A stretch of DNA of 248,000 nucleotides, taken from the NCBI RefSeq assembly GCF_000737315.1, contig NZ_JMCB01000003.1, forward strand, positions 20,001 through 268,000, in the 5' to 3' direction. This DNA comes from Hyalangium minutum (GTDB taxonomy: Bacteria; Myxococcota; Myxococcia; Myxococcales; Myxococcaceae). The notes under the pieces are model-generated. The model worked only from the letters and a program-made list of their open reading frames with translations. It made no database searches and was not told where the DNA came from. Position numbers and translations under genes: made by a program. Every line of letters starts with the position of its first letter. Within the stretch, counting starts at the first letter, position 1. Positions 147,725 through 158,807 of the stretch are shown here, piece by piece.

Positions 147725-148231
147725 ATGAGCGGGAACATCCCGATGACCCCTTATGGTCTCCGCAAGCTCAAGGAGGAACTCAAGCACCTCCAGACGGTGG
147801 AGCGCGGGAAGATCACTCGGGAGATTGAGGTCGCGCGGGCCCATGGTGACCTGAAGGAGAACGCCGAGTACCACGCGGCCAAGGAGAAGCAGTCCCACAT
147901 CGAGGGACGCATCCTGGATCTCAATGACTGGATCGCCCGAGCCGAGGTGATCGACACCAGCAAGCTCAAGGGGGATGCCGTCGTCTTTGGCGCTACCGTG
148001 ATGCTGCGGGACTCGGACACCGACAAGACGGTGACGTACCGGATCGTCGGGGAACTGGAGGCCGACATCAAGAAGCGCTGGCTGGCGGTCACCTCCCCCG
148101 TGGCCCGCGCGCTCATCGGCAAGAAGATGGGCGACACCGCCGTGGTCCGCAGTCCCGGAGGCGAGAAGGAGTACGAGATCGAGGAGATCCGCTTCGAGGA
148201 TCCCCCGGACGACGCCCCGTCCCCTCCTTGA
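147725..148231 (+). CDS. greA: transcription elongation factor GreA
   Basis: AHGDLKENAEYHAAKE, SPVARALIG. Confidence 0.95.
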   Translation: MSGNIPMTPYGLRKLKEELKHLQTVERGKITREIEVARAHGDLKENAEYHAAKEKQSHIEGRILDLNDWIARAEVIDTSKLKGDAVVFGATVMLRDSDTDKTVTYRIVGELEADIKKRWLAVTSPVARALIGKKMGDTAVVRSPGGEKEYEIEEIRFEDPPDDAPSPP

Positions 148232-148340
148232 CGCCTCGCGATATGCAGCTGCCGGGGGAGTGGGCATCTGCTCGCTCCCCCGCTTTCATTTCGTGCGGGA
148301 CGTCATCCCTGCTTTTTAGGATGAGCGCTCGGACCCGCTT

Positions 148341-151070
148341 GTGAACCATCCTCTTGCCAGCCTCGTGGGACCGCTGCGCTACGCGTGCCAGCGGGACTTC
148401 GCCCAGCTCTCCACCGTGAGGGATCTGCGTGGCGTCATCGAGCGCACCCTGGCGGGGGCCTCGGGCGTGGAGCCGCGTGCCCTGTCGCTGTTGCGCGCCG
148501 CGCTGCCCCATGTGGACCACCCCCTGTTGGACCGTCGTAAGGCCGCCCTGCGGAGGGTGGTGGCGGCGCTGAAGATGGGCGGGGTGGCCCTGCCGGCCGA
148601 GCTGGAGCAGGTGATTCGCGGAGAGACGGGCGGCTTCTTGCCCGAGCCCGTGGGGGACGGCGGCGAGGCGAGGGCAGAGGCAGCCGTAGCGCCTGTGAGG
148701 CCTCCCTCGGGCAGGCAGGAGCCGGAGCGTGAGAGTCCGGCACAGCGCCCGGCGGCGGTTCCCGCTTGGAAGTCCTCAGAGCCCGTCGCGTCTCCCGCCG
148801 CGTTGAGGTTCTCTCCGGAGACTCCGGTCCGGCCTGCGGCTGCGCGGATGTCTCCTGCGGCCGAGAAGGCGGAGAAGGTCGAGAAGAAGGCCGCCCCCGC
148901 GAAGAAGCGCAAGAGCGCGCCTGGGGCAGAGGCATCCCGGGCCGAGGCGAAGCTCCTGTCCATCGCGCCGCGCTCGGGACCGCTGTCCGTTCCGCTCAAG
149001 ACGCTGGGCAAGCGGCTGGGTCCGCGTCTGCTGGGCGCCCTCAACAAGAAGGGCTTGCGCCGGGTGGGTGACATCCTCTTCCTGCTGCCGCGCTGCTACG
149101 AGGACCGGCGCCGTCTGCTGACCATCGCCGAGCTGAACCCCGGCGAGCGCGGCGTCACCGTGGGCATCGTCAAGCACGCGGACTATGCCGCCGGCCGCAA
149201 TGGCAAGCGCTACTTCAAGGCCGTCATCGCGGACCGCTCCGGCAGCATCGCCTGCACCTACTTCCACGCGGGCCCCTGGCTGAAGGCGCGCTTCACGGTG
149301 GGCAAGCGGATCGTGCTCTCGGGTGAGGTGCGCGCCTCCACCACCGGGCGCGAGATGGCCCACCCGGAGATCGAGCCTGCCGAGGACATCGAGTCCTCCT
149401 CCGTCCACTTCAGCCGCATCGTCCCGGTGTACCCAGGCTTCGAGCGGGGCGATCAGCGCTCGTTCCGCGAGGTCGCCGCTCGGGTTGCCGACTCCTACGC
149501 CCAGCACCTTGAGGAGCCTCTCCCCGAGTCTCTCCGCAAGCGGCTGGGGTTGATGACGCTCACCGAGGCCCTGCGCAGCATCCACTTCCCCCCGGATGAG
149601 TCGGACCTGGGCCTGCTCGATGCGCACCGCAGCCCCGCGCACCGGCGGCTCGCGTTCGATGAGCTGTTCTTCCTGCAGCTCGGGGTAGGGCTCAAGCGCC
149701 AAGGCGTGAAGGTGGAGAAGGGCATCGCCTTCAATGTCTCCCCCGAGCGGCTGGCACAGGCGCGGGGCGCGCTCCCGTTCCAGCTCACCGGCGCCCAGTC
149801 CCGGGTGGTCGAGCAGCTTGCCCAGGACATGGCTCGCTCCGAGCCCATGAACCGGCTCGTCCAGGGCGACGTGGGCTCTGGCAAGACGGCCGTGGCACTC
149901 GTGGCCGCGCTGGTTGCGCTGCAGGACGGCTACCAGGTGGCCGTGATGGCGCCCACGGAGATCCTCGCCGAGCAGCACGAGCGCACCTTCCAGCGCCTCC
150001 TGGAGCCGCTCGGGTTCCGGGTGGGGCTGGTCAGCGCCGCCGGTACCGCCAAGCAGAAGCGCGAGGTCCGCGAGGCCGTGGCCCGAGGGGAGATCCACCT
150101 CGCCGTGGGCACGCACGCGCTCGTCCAGGAAGAGATGTCCTTTGATCGGCTGGGGTTGGCTGTCATCGACGAGCAGCACCGCTTCGGTGTGCTCCAGCGC
150201 CACACGCTCATGAGCAAGGGCCCCAAGCCGGACGTGCTGGTGATGACCGCCACGCCCATCCCTCGCACCCTGGCGATGACGCTCTATGGAGATCTGGACG
150301 TCTCCATCATCGACGAGCTGCCCCCGGGCCGTACGCCCGTGTCCACCCGTGTCTTCAGTGAGCAGCACCGTCCTCGCGTCTACGAAGGTGTGGCCGCCGA
150401 GCTGGCCAAGGGCCACCAGGCCTACGTCGTCTATCCGCTGGTCGAGGAGTCCGAGAAGCTCGACCTGGAGGACGCCACGCGGGGCGCGGACAAGCTCCAG
150501 CAGGTGTTCCCACAGGCGCGGGTGGGCCTGCTCCACGGGCGCATGAAGCCCGAGGAGAAGGACGCCGTCATGGAGGACTTCCGCCAGAAGCGCATCCACC
150601 TCTTGGTGTGCACCACCGTGGTGGAGGTGGGCGTGGACGTGCCCAACGCCTCGGTGATGGTCATCGAGCACGCCGAGCGCTTCGGCCTCTCGCAGCTGCA
150701 CCAGTTACGCGGCCGGGTGGGGCGCGGCGCCGCCGTGAGCCACTGCTACCTCGTGGCCAGCCCGGCCCGATCCTGGGAGTCCACCGAGCGTCTGTCGGTG
150801 ATGGAGCACAGCAATGACGGCTTCGTCATCGCGGAGAAGGATCTGGAGATCCGCGGGCCCGGCGAATTCCTCGGCACGCGGCAGAGCGGAATGCCCGAGC
150901 TCGCGGTGGCCAACCTGGCGAGGGACGGGGATCTGCTCGCGGTGGCCCAGGTCGAGGCCCGGCGCATCCTGGAGGCGGATCCGCACCTGCGTGCCTCCGA
151001 TCATCAGGGGCTGGTCAAGGCGCTCGAGGAGCGGTGGGAAGGCCGGTTGGCGCTGGCCCAGGTGGGGTAG
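148341..151070 (+). CDS. recG: ATP-dependent DNA helicase RecG
   Basis: QGDVGSGKT, DEQHRFG, TATPIPRT, QLHQLRGRVGR, RGPGE..G.RQSG. Confidence 0.97.
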   Translation: MNHPLASLVGPLRYACQRDFAQLSTVRDLRGVIERTLAGASGVEPRALSLLRAALPHVDHPLLDRRKAALRRVVAALKMGGVALPAELEQVIRGETGGFLPEPVGDGGEARAEAAVAPVRPPSGRQEPERESPAQRPAAVPAWKSSEPVASPAALRFSPETPVRPAAARMSPAAEKAEKVEKKAAPAKKRKSAPGAEASRAEAKLLSIAPRSGPLSVPLKTLGKRLGPRLLGALNKKGLRRVGDILFLLPRCYEDRRRLLTIAELNPGERGVTVGIVKHADYAAGRNGKRYFKAVIADRSGSIACTYFHAGPWLKARFTVGKRIVLSGEVRASTTGREMAHPEIEPAEDIESSSVHFSRIVPVYPGFERGDQRSFREVAARVADSYAQHLEEPLPESLRKRLGLMTLTEALRSIHFPPDESDLGLLDAHRSPAHRRLAFDELFFLQLGVGLKRQGVKVEKGIAFNVSPERLAQARGALPFQLTGAQSRVVEQLAQDMARSEPMNRLVQGDVGSGKTAVALVAALVALQDGYQVAVMAPTEILAEQHERTFQRLLEPLGFRVGLVSAAGTAKQKREVREAVARGEIHLAVGTHALVQEEMSFDRLGLAVIDEQHRFGVLQRHTLMSKGPKPDVLVMTATPIPRTLAMTLYGDLDVSIIDELPPGRTPVSTRVFSEQHRPRVYEGVAAELAKGHQAYVVYPLVEESEKLDLEDATRGADKLQQVFPQARVGLLHGRMKPEEKDAVMEDFRQKRIHLLVCTTVVEVGVDVPNASVMVIEHAERFGLSQLHQLRGRVGRGAAVSHCYLVASPARSWESTERLSVMEHSNDGFVIAEKDLEIRGPGEFLGTRQSGMPELAVANLARDGDLLAVAQVEARRILEADPHLRASDHQGLVKALEERWEGRLALAQVG

Positions 151071-151124
151071 CCGCCTGCCAGGACCCACGCACCGTGGCTA
151101 GATTCCCAGGAGCGGGGTGCGGCC

Positions 151125-151760
151125 ATGGGTGACTTGGAGCTCGCGGACTTCCTGGAGCGGCAGGGGATCCGAGATCGGCGGGTGCTCGATGCAATCCGGC
151201 GCTTGAGCCGGGCGGACTTCGTTCCGGAGACCGCGCGCGATGCCGCCACCCAGGACTCCCCGTTGTCCATTGGTCATGGGCAGACCATCAGCCAGCCCTA
151301 CATCGTGGCGCTCATGTCCCAAGCCCTCGAGCTGCAGGGACACGAGCGGGTGCTGGAGATCGGCACCGGCTCGGGCTACCAGACAGCCGTCCTGGCGCTC
151401 CTGTGTCGGGAAGTGTACTCCGTGGAGATCGTGCCCTCGCTCGCCCGCTCGTCGAGGAAGCTGCTGAGGCAGTTGGGCTTCGAGAACGTCTATCTGCGGC
151501 TGGGGGATGGCACGCAGGGGTGGCCCGAAGCCGCGCCCTTTGACGCCACTATCGGCACGGCGGCTCCCGAGGCCGTACCTCCCAAGCTGCTCGGGCAGCT
151601 TCGGCCCGGGGGGCGCATGGTCATCCCGGTGGGTTCCCAGGGGCAGAGCCAGGAACTGCTGCGAATCACCCGCGCCCGGCAAGGCGGTGTCCCCCGGGTC
151701 GAGCACCTGCTCCCCGTGCGGTTCGTGCCGATGACGGGGGAGGCCTTGAACCCGGGGTAG
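151125..151760 (+). CDS. pcm: protein-L-isoaspartate O-methyltransferase
   Basis: QTISQP, LEIGTGSGYQ, VRFVPM. Confidence 0.93.
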   Translation: MGDLELADFLERQGIRDRRVLDAIRRLSRADFVPETARDAATQDSPLSIGHGQTISQPYIVALMSQALELQGHERVLEIGTGSGYQTAVLALLCREVYSVEIVPSLARSSRKLLRQLGFENVYLRLGDGTQGWPEAAPFDATIGTAAPEAVPPKLLGQLRPGGRMVIPVGSQGQSQELLRITRARQGGVPRVEHLLPVRFVPMTGEALNPG

Positions 151761-151807
151761 AGCACTGTGCGTTGCCCCCGGGCGCCTCGGCCCGTTAACG
151801 TGCGCTC

Positions 151808-152389
151808 ATGATCATCTGCCCGGTGTGTGAGCACCAGCAGGCCCAAGGGGACGAGTGCGACAACTGTGGCAAGAAGCTCCAGGTGCCCAGAGCCGCCGCC
151901 GCCGTGGCCGTGCAAACCCTCCCTGAACTCGAGCAGACCCTCCACGCGGGTGGGCGTGTGGCGGTCGATGCCCCTCTTATTCCCGAACTGGACTCGACCC
152001 GCCAGAAGGCCGGGCCGGACCTGCCCGTCCAGGTGGTGCAGGACATGGAGACCACCCGCGCGGCGCCCATCGACAAGGTGAGCGTCGAGGCCGTGACGGA
152101 CCTGGACACGGGCCGCGCGGCGGATGACGGGGTTCGCACGGCGGCGCCCACGGGCGCAGTGGTGTGCCGGTACTGCCGCAACGTCCAGGCCGATGGCATT
152201 GTGTGCGACAAGTGCGGCATGCGGCTGCCCAAGGCCCGTCCTGCCCCGCAGGCCGCGGCGAAGGGGGCTGGGGCCTCCGCGTCGGCGGAGGATCTGACGT
152301 GGATGCCGTGCCAGAAGTGCCGGACGCCCACCCGGCCCAACAAGATCTGCTCGGTCTGTGGCACGCGCGTGGTAGCAGTCGACGCATGA
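151808..152389 (+). CDS. multi zinc-ribbon protein
   Basis: several CxxC pairs. Confidence 0.6.
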   Translation: MIICPVCEHQQAQGDECDNCGKKLQVPRAAAAVAVQTLPELEQTLHAGGRVAVDAPLIPELDSTRQKAGPDLPVQVVQDMETTRAAPIDKVSVEAVTDLDTGRAADDGVRTAAPTGAVVCRYCRNVQADGIVCDKCGMRLPKARPAPQAAAKGAGASASAEDLTWMPCQKCRTPTRPNKICSVCGTRVVAVDA

Positions 152390-153726
152390 GCACTCAGCCG
152401 AGTTCCGGTTTCCGCGCGGAGTACGCCTGCAGCGAGGGCTGCGGCTTCCGCGCATCCTTGTGGGAAGTCATCTACCGCTGCCCGAAGTGCGGCTCGCTGC
152501 TGGAGGTGGCGCACGATCTGGAGGCGCTGCGCTCGGTGCCGGCGGCGGAGTGGAAGCGCCGCTTCGAGTCACGGTTCGGGTCCGCGCGGCTGCCGAATGC
152601 CTCGGGCGTGTGGGGCAAGCACGAGTGGGTGTGCCCCGAGCTGCCCGTGGAGGACATCGTCTCGCTGGGCGAGGGCCGGGTGCCGCTCATGCCGCTGCGG
152701 CGGATGGCCTCCGAGCTGGGGCTGGCGAGCCTGGAGCTCAAGGAGTGCGGCGTCTCGCCGACGGGGAGCTTCAAGGACTGGGGCATGACGGTGCTGGTGT
152801 CCGCGGTGAAGCACCTGCGGGCCCGGGGCGTGCCCATCCGCGCGGTGGCATGCGCGTCCACGGGAGACACCTCGGCGGCGCTGTCCGCGTACGCGGCGGC
152901 GGCGGGGATCCCCTCGGTGGTGTTCCTGCCCAAGGACAAGGTGTCGCTGGCACAGCTGGTGCAGCCCATCGCCAACGGGGCGAAGGTGCTCTCGCTGGAC
153001 ACGGACTTCGACGGCTGCATGAAGCTGGTGCAGCAGGTGACGGAGGACCGGGGGCTGTATCTGGCCAACTCGATGAACTCGCTGCGCATCGAGGGCCAGA
153101 AAGTGGTCGCCATGGAGCTGTGCCAGGACCTGGACTGGGAGCCGCCGGACTGGGTGGTGATCCCTGGCGGCAACCTGGGCAACGCGAGCGCCCTGGGCAA
153201 GGGCTTCCAGATGCTGAAGGCCATGGGGCTGATCTCCCGGCTGCCGCGGATCGCGGTGGCGCAGGCGCAGCGGGCCAACCCGCTGTTCCGGGCCTTCCGT
153301 GGCGGATTCCAGGAACTGCTGCCGATGAAGGCGGAGAAGACGCTGGCCTCGGCGATCCAGATTGGCAATCCGGTGTCGTTCCGGCGGGCGGTGCGGACGT
153401 TGCAGGCGTTCGACGGGGTGGTGGAGGAGGCCACGGAGTCCGAGCTGGCGAACGCAGCGGCCCGGGCCGATCGCGAGGGCACCTTCACCTGCCCGCACAC
153501 GGGCGTGGCGCTGGCGGCGGTGGAGAAGCTGGTGGCCCAAGGGGTGATCGCCAAGGGCTCGCGGGTGGCGGTGGTGTCCACGGCGCACGGACTGAAGTTC
153601 GCGGACTTCAAGGTGGGGTACCACCGGGGCACGCTGGCGGACGTGGAGAGCCGGCGGGCCAATCCCCCAGTGGAGCTGCCGGCGGAGCTGGGGGCAGTCC
153701 GCAAGGCCCTGGAATCTCTGGGTTAG
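152386..153726 (+). CDS. thrC: threonine synthase
   Basis: PTGSFKD, ASTGDTS, NSMN..R.EGQK, PGGNLGN. Confidence 0.93.
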   Translation: MSTQPSSGFRAEYACSEGCGFRASLWEVIYRCPKCGSLLEVAHDLEALRSVPAAEWKRRFESRFGSARLPNASGVWGKHEWVCPELPVEDIVSLGEGRVPLMPLRRMASELGLASLELKECGVSPTGSFKDWGMTVLVSAVKHLRARGVPIRAVACASTGDTSAALSAYAAAAGIPSVVFLPKDKVSLAQLVQPIANGAKVLSLDTDFDGCMKLVQQVTEDRGLYLANSMNSLRIEGQKVVAMELCQDLDWEPPDWVVIPGGNLGNASALGKGFQMLKAMGLISRLPRIAVAQAQRANPLFRAFRGGFQELLPMKAEKTLASAIQIGNPVSFRRAVRTLQAFDGVVEEATESELANAAARADREGTFTCPHTGVALAAVEKLVAQGVIAKGSRVAVVSTAHGLKFADFKVGYHRGTLADVESRRANPPVELPAELGAVRKALESLG

Positions 153727-153801
153727 GGCCGCAGGGAAGGCGGGGCAGGGGCGCGCGGGCGGCTCGACGCCGGGCCGAGGCTGCGCTATGTCCCCGGCCC
153801 C

Positions 153802-154143
153802 GTGAACGCCCCTACCTCCGATGAGTTGCGCTCTCAGCATGAGCGCCTTCAGGCCAGCCTGGCCACGCGCCAGAGCGTCCTGCACTTCGCCCACACGGGC
153901 GTGTCGATCCTCGTGGCGATGATCCTCTCGGGGGCGGCGGCCAAGCTGTTCTGGGACTCGTCGAAGGTGCCGTACCTGGGCTTCGCGGTGGTCGCCGTGG
154001 TGCTGGGATTGGTGAGCTACAGCGTGGTGCACTACCGCAAGGGGCGCCGGGAACTGGCCGAGGAGCTGAAGCGCTACGGCGATCTGCTGGAGCTGCGCCG
154101 CCAGCTGCAACTGGACAACCCCTCGAAGCTGCTGCCCCGGTGA
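153802..154143 (+). CDS. hypothetical membrane protein
   Basis: 2 TM; coupled to tmk. Confidence 0.55.
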   Translation: MNAPTSDELRSQHERLQASLATRQSVLHFAHTGVSILVAMILSGAAAKLFWDSSKVPYLGFAVVAVVLGLVSYSVVHYRKGRRELAEELKRYGDLLELRRQLQLDNPSKLLPR

Positions 154144-154805
154144 GCGCGCTCCGCAGAAAGGCCGCGGGGCGCGGGCGTTTCCTCGTCCTGGAGGGACTGG
154201 ACGGCGCGGGGACCACGACGCAAGCCGAGCGGCTTGCGGCGGCCCTGCGCGCGGACGGGCACTCGGTGATGACGACGCGGGAGCCCTCGGATGGGCCCAT
154301 TGGGACGCTGATCCGTCAGGCGCTCACGGGGCGATTGGTACTGCCCGGGGGCGCGGGCCCGCTGGCGCAGGAGACGCTGGCGCTGCTCTACGCGGCGGAC
154401 CGGACGGATCACCTGAAGGCGAGGGTGCTGCCGGCGCTGGAGGCAGGGCAGATCGTCATCAGCGATCGGTACGTGCTGTCCTCGCTGGCGTACCAGGGCG
154501 CGAGCTTGTCCATGGCGTGGGTGGAGGCGGCGAACGGGTACGCGGTGCCGCCGGATCTCACGCTGTTCGTGCACGTGTCTCCAGCGGTGGCGGCACAGCG
154601 GCGGGCGGCGCGGGGAGGGGCGAAGGAACTGTTCGAGGAGGACGCGCTCCAGCGGCGGATTGCCCGCCAGTACGAAGAGGCGATCCGCCGGCGCGAGGCG
154701 CAGGAGAAGATCGTCCGGATCGACGGCGAGCAATCCGTGGAGGCCGTGACGGAGGCCTGCCTGGCGGAGATCCGCAAACTGTTCGGGCGCAAGCGCGCGC
154801 GCTGA
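154140..154805 (+). CDS. tmk: thymidylate kinase
   Basis: EGLDGAGTTT, REP, DRY..SSLAYQ. Confidence 0.92.
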   Translation: MSALRRKAAGRGRFLVLEGLDGAGTTTQAERLAAALRADGHSVMTTREPSDGPIGTLIRQALTGRLVLPGGAGPLAQETLALLYAADRTDHLKARVLPALEAGQIVISDRYVLSSLAYQGASLSMAWVEAANGYAVPPDLTLFVHVSPAVAAQRRAARGGAKELFEEDALQRRIARQYEEAIRRREAQEKIVRIDGEQSVEAVTEACLAEIRKLFGRKRAR

Positions 154806-154808
154806 GGG

Positions 154809-157597
154809 CTAAGGCAGCCGGAGCTGGAGCACCACGGTGATGTAGGTGGGCCCCACTTTGGTGATCTCGTAGTTCACGGTTCCCTGGTGCCGGACGGCGA
154901 CCCAGAACGAGGTGCCGTCGGCGGAGCTCATCAGTGGCGTGGCCTTGTTGCCCAGCAGATCGCCTCCGTAGGTGAAGAAGTAGGAGGGATCGTTGATCCG
155001 TCCATACTCGAGCCCCGCGTTGTAGCTGGGCCGGACAGAGATCGTCCCCGAGGCCGTCGAGGTGAGGGCGAAGTGGCCGGCCCGCAGGTCGAGGTTGGAG
155101 ACTGGTGTCGCGGCCAGCGGCCGCCCGTCCAGCGCATGCTCGGCGAGGAAGTAGGCCTGTGCATTGAACGGCACGTAGCCGTTGCCGATGTCCAGGTACC
155201 CTTCGGTGGGGTGCCAGAGGGAGAGGACCCGATCCGGTCCGAGGACGATCGCCGTGAGGACTCCGCCCCTGACGGTCTGGGTGCCTGTGGGTGCGCCGTC
155301 CTGGAAGAGCGTGAGCGTGGAGAGCGCAACGGTGTTGAAAGGGTTGGGGAGTGCCACGGTCGCGCGCCCGTTCGCCAGGGCGAGCCCCGCAGTGCCCGCT
155401 GCCGCCGCGTCCGCTTGTAAGCCCCGGAAGAGCACACTCCCTGTGGAGTTCCGATAGACGAACAGGTTGAACGCGGAGACGCCCAGCGAGCCGAAGCCGT
155501 TGACGTTCGAGAGCACCAGGCCCGCCGTGTCATCGTTGCCCACGGCGGCGGCCATCAGCTGGGTCCCGGAGGGCACATCGGCGAGGCGCTCCAGGGCCTG
155601 GAAGCTCCCGTTGGCATAGTGGGCGAGGACCAGGACGGGCGCGGAGTTGCTGCCCACCGTGCCGCTGGGGAAGCTCAGAGAGCGATCGGCATAGAAGAGC
155701 GCGGAGGTCGTTCCATTGGACTGGATCCCGATCGCAACAGGGGTCATGGGCACGGTCGCGGCCCACACCTGCCCATTGGCTTCACGGACCGCGAGCACCT
155801 CTCCGGACGGGAGGGTGGCCACCGTGCCGCCGAAGGAGATGTCGCCATTGGTGGTGGCGATGATCGCGACGCGGCCATCGCGGGCGGCGAACCGGTTCAC
155901 CCCGACGGTCGATCCATTGGCGGTGGTGATCGGGAGGACGGCAGCCACGGGCGTGTGCCGGAACCGGATAGAGGCCGGGGTCGTGGGGCCTGCGGGCACG
156001 TCGAACCAGATGTATCCATAAAGGGACAAGAAGGGCTCGTAGCCGGGGTATTGCTCCAGCACGCTGCGAGCGTCGGGCTCGAAGAAGAGCTGGTGGCGTG
156101 AGCCGACTGGGAGCTCGACGGTGCAGGTGGAGGTGCAGTCGATGGTGCCATCCGCCGAGCGCACCCTGCCGCCGCCGGTCCCCCCGAAAGTGAAGGTGAT
156201 GGTCGTCCGCTCGCGGACGAACTGCGCGTCGGGCGGCCGGATGAAGACGCGATGGCCATCCCACGCGGCGGCGATCGTGCCGTCCGGGCCCACAGCGGCA
156301 GTGGGGTGATAGAAGGGGTCTGGGCTGGGACTTCCGCCCTCGGGGCCAGACTGCTCGGGGTTGATCAGCTCCGAGCGGAGGCTGCCGTCGCGAGCCACCT
156401 CCGTGAGTGCAAGCGGTGGGTGGCGTCCCTTGTAGAGCCCGTGGACGACTCGCAGGGGCCCATCGTCGCGCGTGGCGATGCGAGGGTAGGCGATGGGGCC
156501 CAGCTCGTACGAGGTCCAGGCGGTCCCGTCATACACGCCATAGATTCCGCGGCCGCTGATGACGTATCCGCCCAGGCCATCCGGGTTGCTGCCGATCTCG
156601 TCATAGACGTACGTGACGTGGACCTGACCGCGCCCGTCCACTCTCACGCTGCCGCCGAAGCCCGCGGCCACTCCGTCCTTCGGGAGAGGGATGAGCTCGA
156701 AGCCTCCGGCCCGTTGGTAGAAGACCTTCTGGTACGACTCCACGAGCAGCACCAGGTTGCCATTCGCATCCAGGGTGCCGTCCACCATCCGCGCGGACAG
156801 GGGCTCTCCCGTCATCAGGGCTGGCAAGGCCACGCGGCTCCAAGCGCCGGAGTCGCGGCGGTAGAGCTCCACCTCTCCGTTGGTCCTGTTGACGAGGACA
156901 TGAGGCAGGCCGTTGTGCAGGAGCACGCGCATCTCGTAGACGGGGTTGCCCTGTCCGGCGACGCGCTCTTCGGTCCATTCGCTTCGGCCTCCCAGGGGAC
157001 GGGAGCGGTAGAAGAGCTCGTAGGAGCTCTGGGCGAGATAGGCGAAGTGGAGGGTGGTCTCATCCACGGCCATGCCCGAGTTGCGGAAGGCGGGCAGGGG
157101 AGACAGCACCGGCTCACACGCGCCCGTGAAGCGGCTGTACGTGGCTGGGGCGATGGGGTTGGAACCACAGGAGAGGCTTCCGCCGCTGACGGAGGTGGCC
157201 GCATGGACACCGCCCCGGGCATCCACCGCCAACGAGGTGGCACCGGAGAGAAATGCGGAGCAAAGCAGTCCCGGCACCTCGAAGTAGCCGTGGGAGAGGG
157301 CGGAGGAAGCGCACGTGGCGGACCAGGAGAAGGAGCGGCTGCCGGAGGTGGCCTGGGTGGACTGGAGCTTGAGTTCTCCTTGGCGAGTGAGTGCGAGGAT
157401 GCGCGTGCGCAACTGGGTGCCAGGAGGCGTCTTCGAGTCCCGGATCACGGTCTGTAGCAGCTCGCCGTTGTTCACCTCGAAGGTGGCGATCTGGGCGGCT
157501 TCCCCCAAGGAGCCGCGCGTGCCCACATAGCCGAGCCCTTGCAGTCACAGGCCGAGGCAGCCAGGGAAAGGAGCACACCCAGGAGCAATGAGCGCAA
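154809..157597 (-). pseudogene. large beta-rich lipoprotein with a frameshift after the signal peptide
   Basis: AGGAGG RBS + TTG 157597 encodes MRSLLLGVLLSLAASAC; the 905-aa body (154809-157526) is in a different frame. Confidence 0.55.
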
Positions 157598-157692
157598 GAA
157601 GGACCTCCTGTTGGGGGGATCTCTTCATAGCACTCTGAGTGCGTCCTGGTGGGAGGTCAGGTACGCTCGTGGTCGCTCATCCGCGAGGGCTC

Positions 157693-157908
157693 ATGAACCT
157701 GCGTGCAAAGCTGGTGCTTGGGGGCCTGTTGGTTGTCGGGACAGGCTGTCCGCATGACTGGATGAAGGGGGGCACCAACGATCGGGCCATGGCCAAGGAC
157801 ATGCGGGAGATGCTGGAGGATGACGAGGAGTGTCCTGAGGGAAAGACCCTGCGGGCAGATTGCGTGAACACGCTTCCTGACGGTTCCTGCCGGGTGACAT
157901 GTCAGTGA
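157693..157908 (+). CDS. small lipoprotein
   Basis: lipobox GTGC..WMKGG.NDRAM.KD. Confidence 0.55.
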   Translation: MNLRAKLVLGGLLVVGTGCPHDWMKGGTNDRAMAKDMREMLEDDEECPEGKTLRADCVNTLPDGSCRVTCQ

Positions 157909-158795
157909 GCGGCCGCACGTGGCCGGTATGGGTGGGGGCTCTCCTGCTGCCTGTGCCGCTCGTCTTGTTGGTGAGCCAGGTGTTCCACGCTGGATTCAGA
158001 TCAGGTGGTGCAGGGGATGAGCGCTTCAGCCCCGTGCTGTCTCTGGAAGAGAAACGAAGACTGCTGACCTTCGATCACACCTGCCAAGGCAGCGAAGATT
158101 GCGAGTCCCCCCTCGGCTGCCTTCAGGATTTCAGGCGATTCAATCTGAGCGTGTGCATCAGCAGTGAGTGTGAAGTGGATACCCAATGTCCTGAGGGCCA
158201 AGCGTGCAGAGCATTCAAGACGCAAGGGGACGGACCTCTGGTTCGCTTGTGTGTAGCAACAGGCACACGCAGGGAAGGCCAGGGCTGCAGCCGTCTCCCC
158301 AACAGGCAGGATCAAGCTTGTGAGCAGGGACTGCTCTGCAACAAGGGGTACTGCGGGCGACCGTGCCAGCCAGGAACCTCGGACGGCTGCCCGAACGGTT
158401 TCGTCTGCGGGGAAGGTCCTGAGTTCGCTTCGTGCCTGCCTGCATGCGAGGAGGGGCAGTGCCCTCAGGGACAAGAATGCGTTCCCTTCGAGGGGCGTTT
158501 CGCGGTCTGTGCCCGAGTGGTTGGAGACAACTGCAGGAGGGCTCCGTGTCCTCAGGGCCAGGAGTGCCGGATCGGTCAAGCCCCAGGGGAGGGGGACAGA
158601 GTGACGATGGAATGCCTCACTCCGTGCGACGCTCGGGAGCGCCCATGCCCAGCGGGTTCTGCTTGCTTCTTTGGGTACTGTGGACGCGTTTGCGATCCGA
158701 AGAGTGAGGGGGCTTGCGGTCCACGTGAGTTCTGCAACCTGCACATGAACCCCACCTCCCGCGAGAAGTTCTGGTTCTGCAGCCCCCAGCAGTAG
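157899..158795 (+). CDS. cysteine-rich membrane-anchored protein
   Basis: N-terminal TM, repeated C..G..C units. Confidence 0.6.
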   Translation: MSVSGRTWPVWVGALLLPVPLVLLVSQVFHAGFRSGGAGDERFSPVLSLEEKRRLLTFDHTCQGSEDCESPLGCLQDFRRFNLSVCISSECEVDTQCPEGQACRAFKTQGDGPLVRLCVATGTRREGQGCSRLPNRQDQACEQGLLCNKGYCGRPCQPGTSDGCPNGFVCGEGPEFASCLPACEEGQCPQGQECVPFEGRFAVCARVVGDNCRRAPCPQGQECRIGQAPGEGDRVTMECLTPCDARERPCPAGSACFFGYCGRVCDPKSEGACGPREFCNLHMNPTSREKFWFCSPQQ

Positions 158796-158807
158796 AGTCT
158801 GGTGCCC

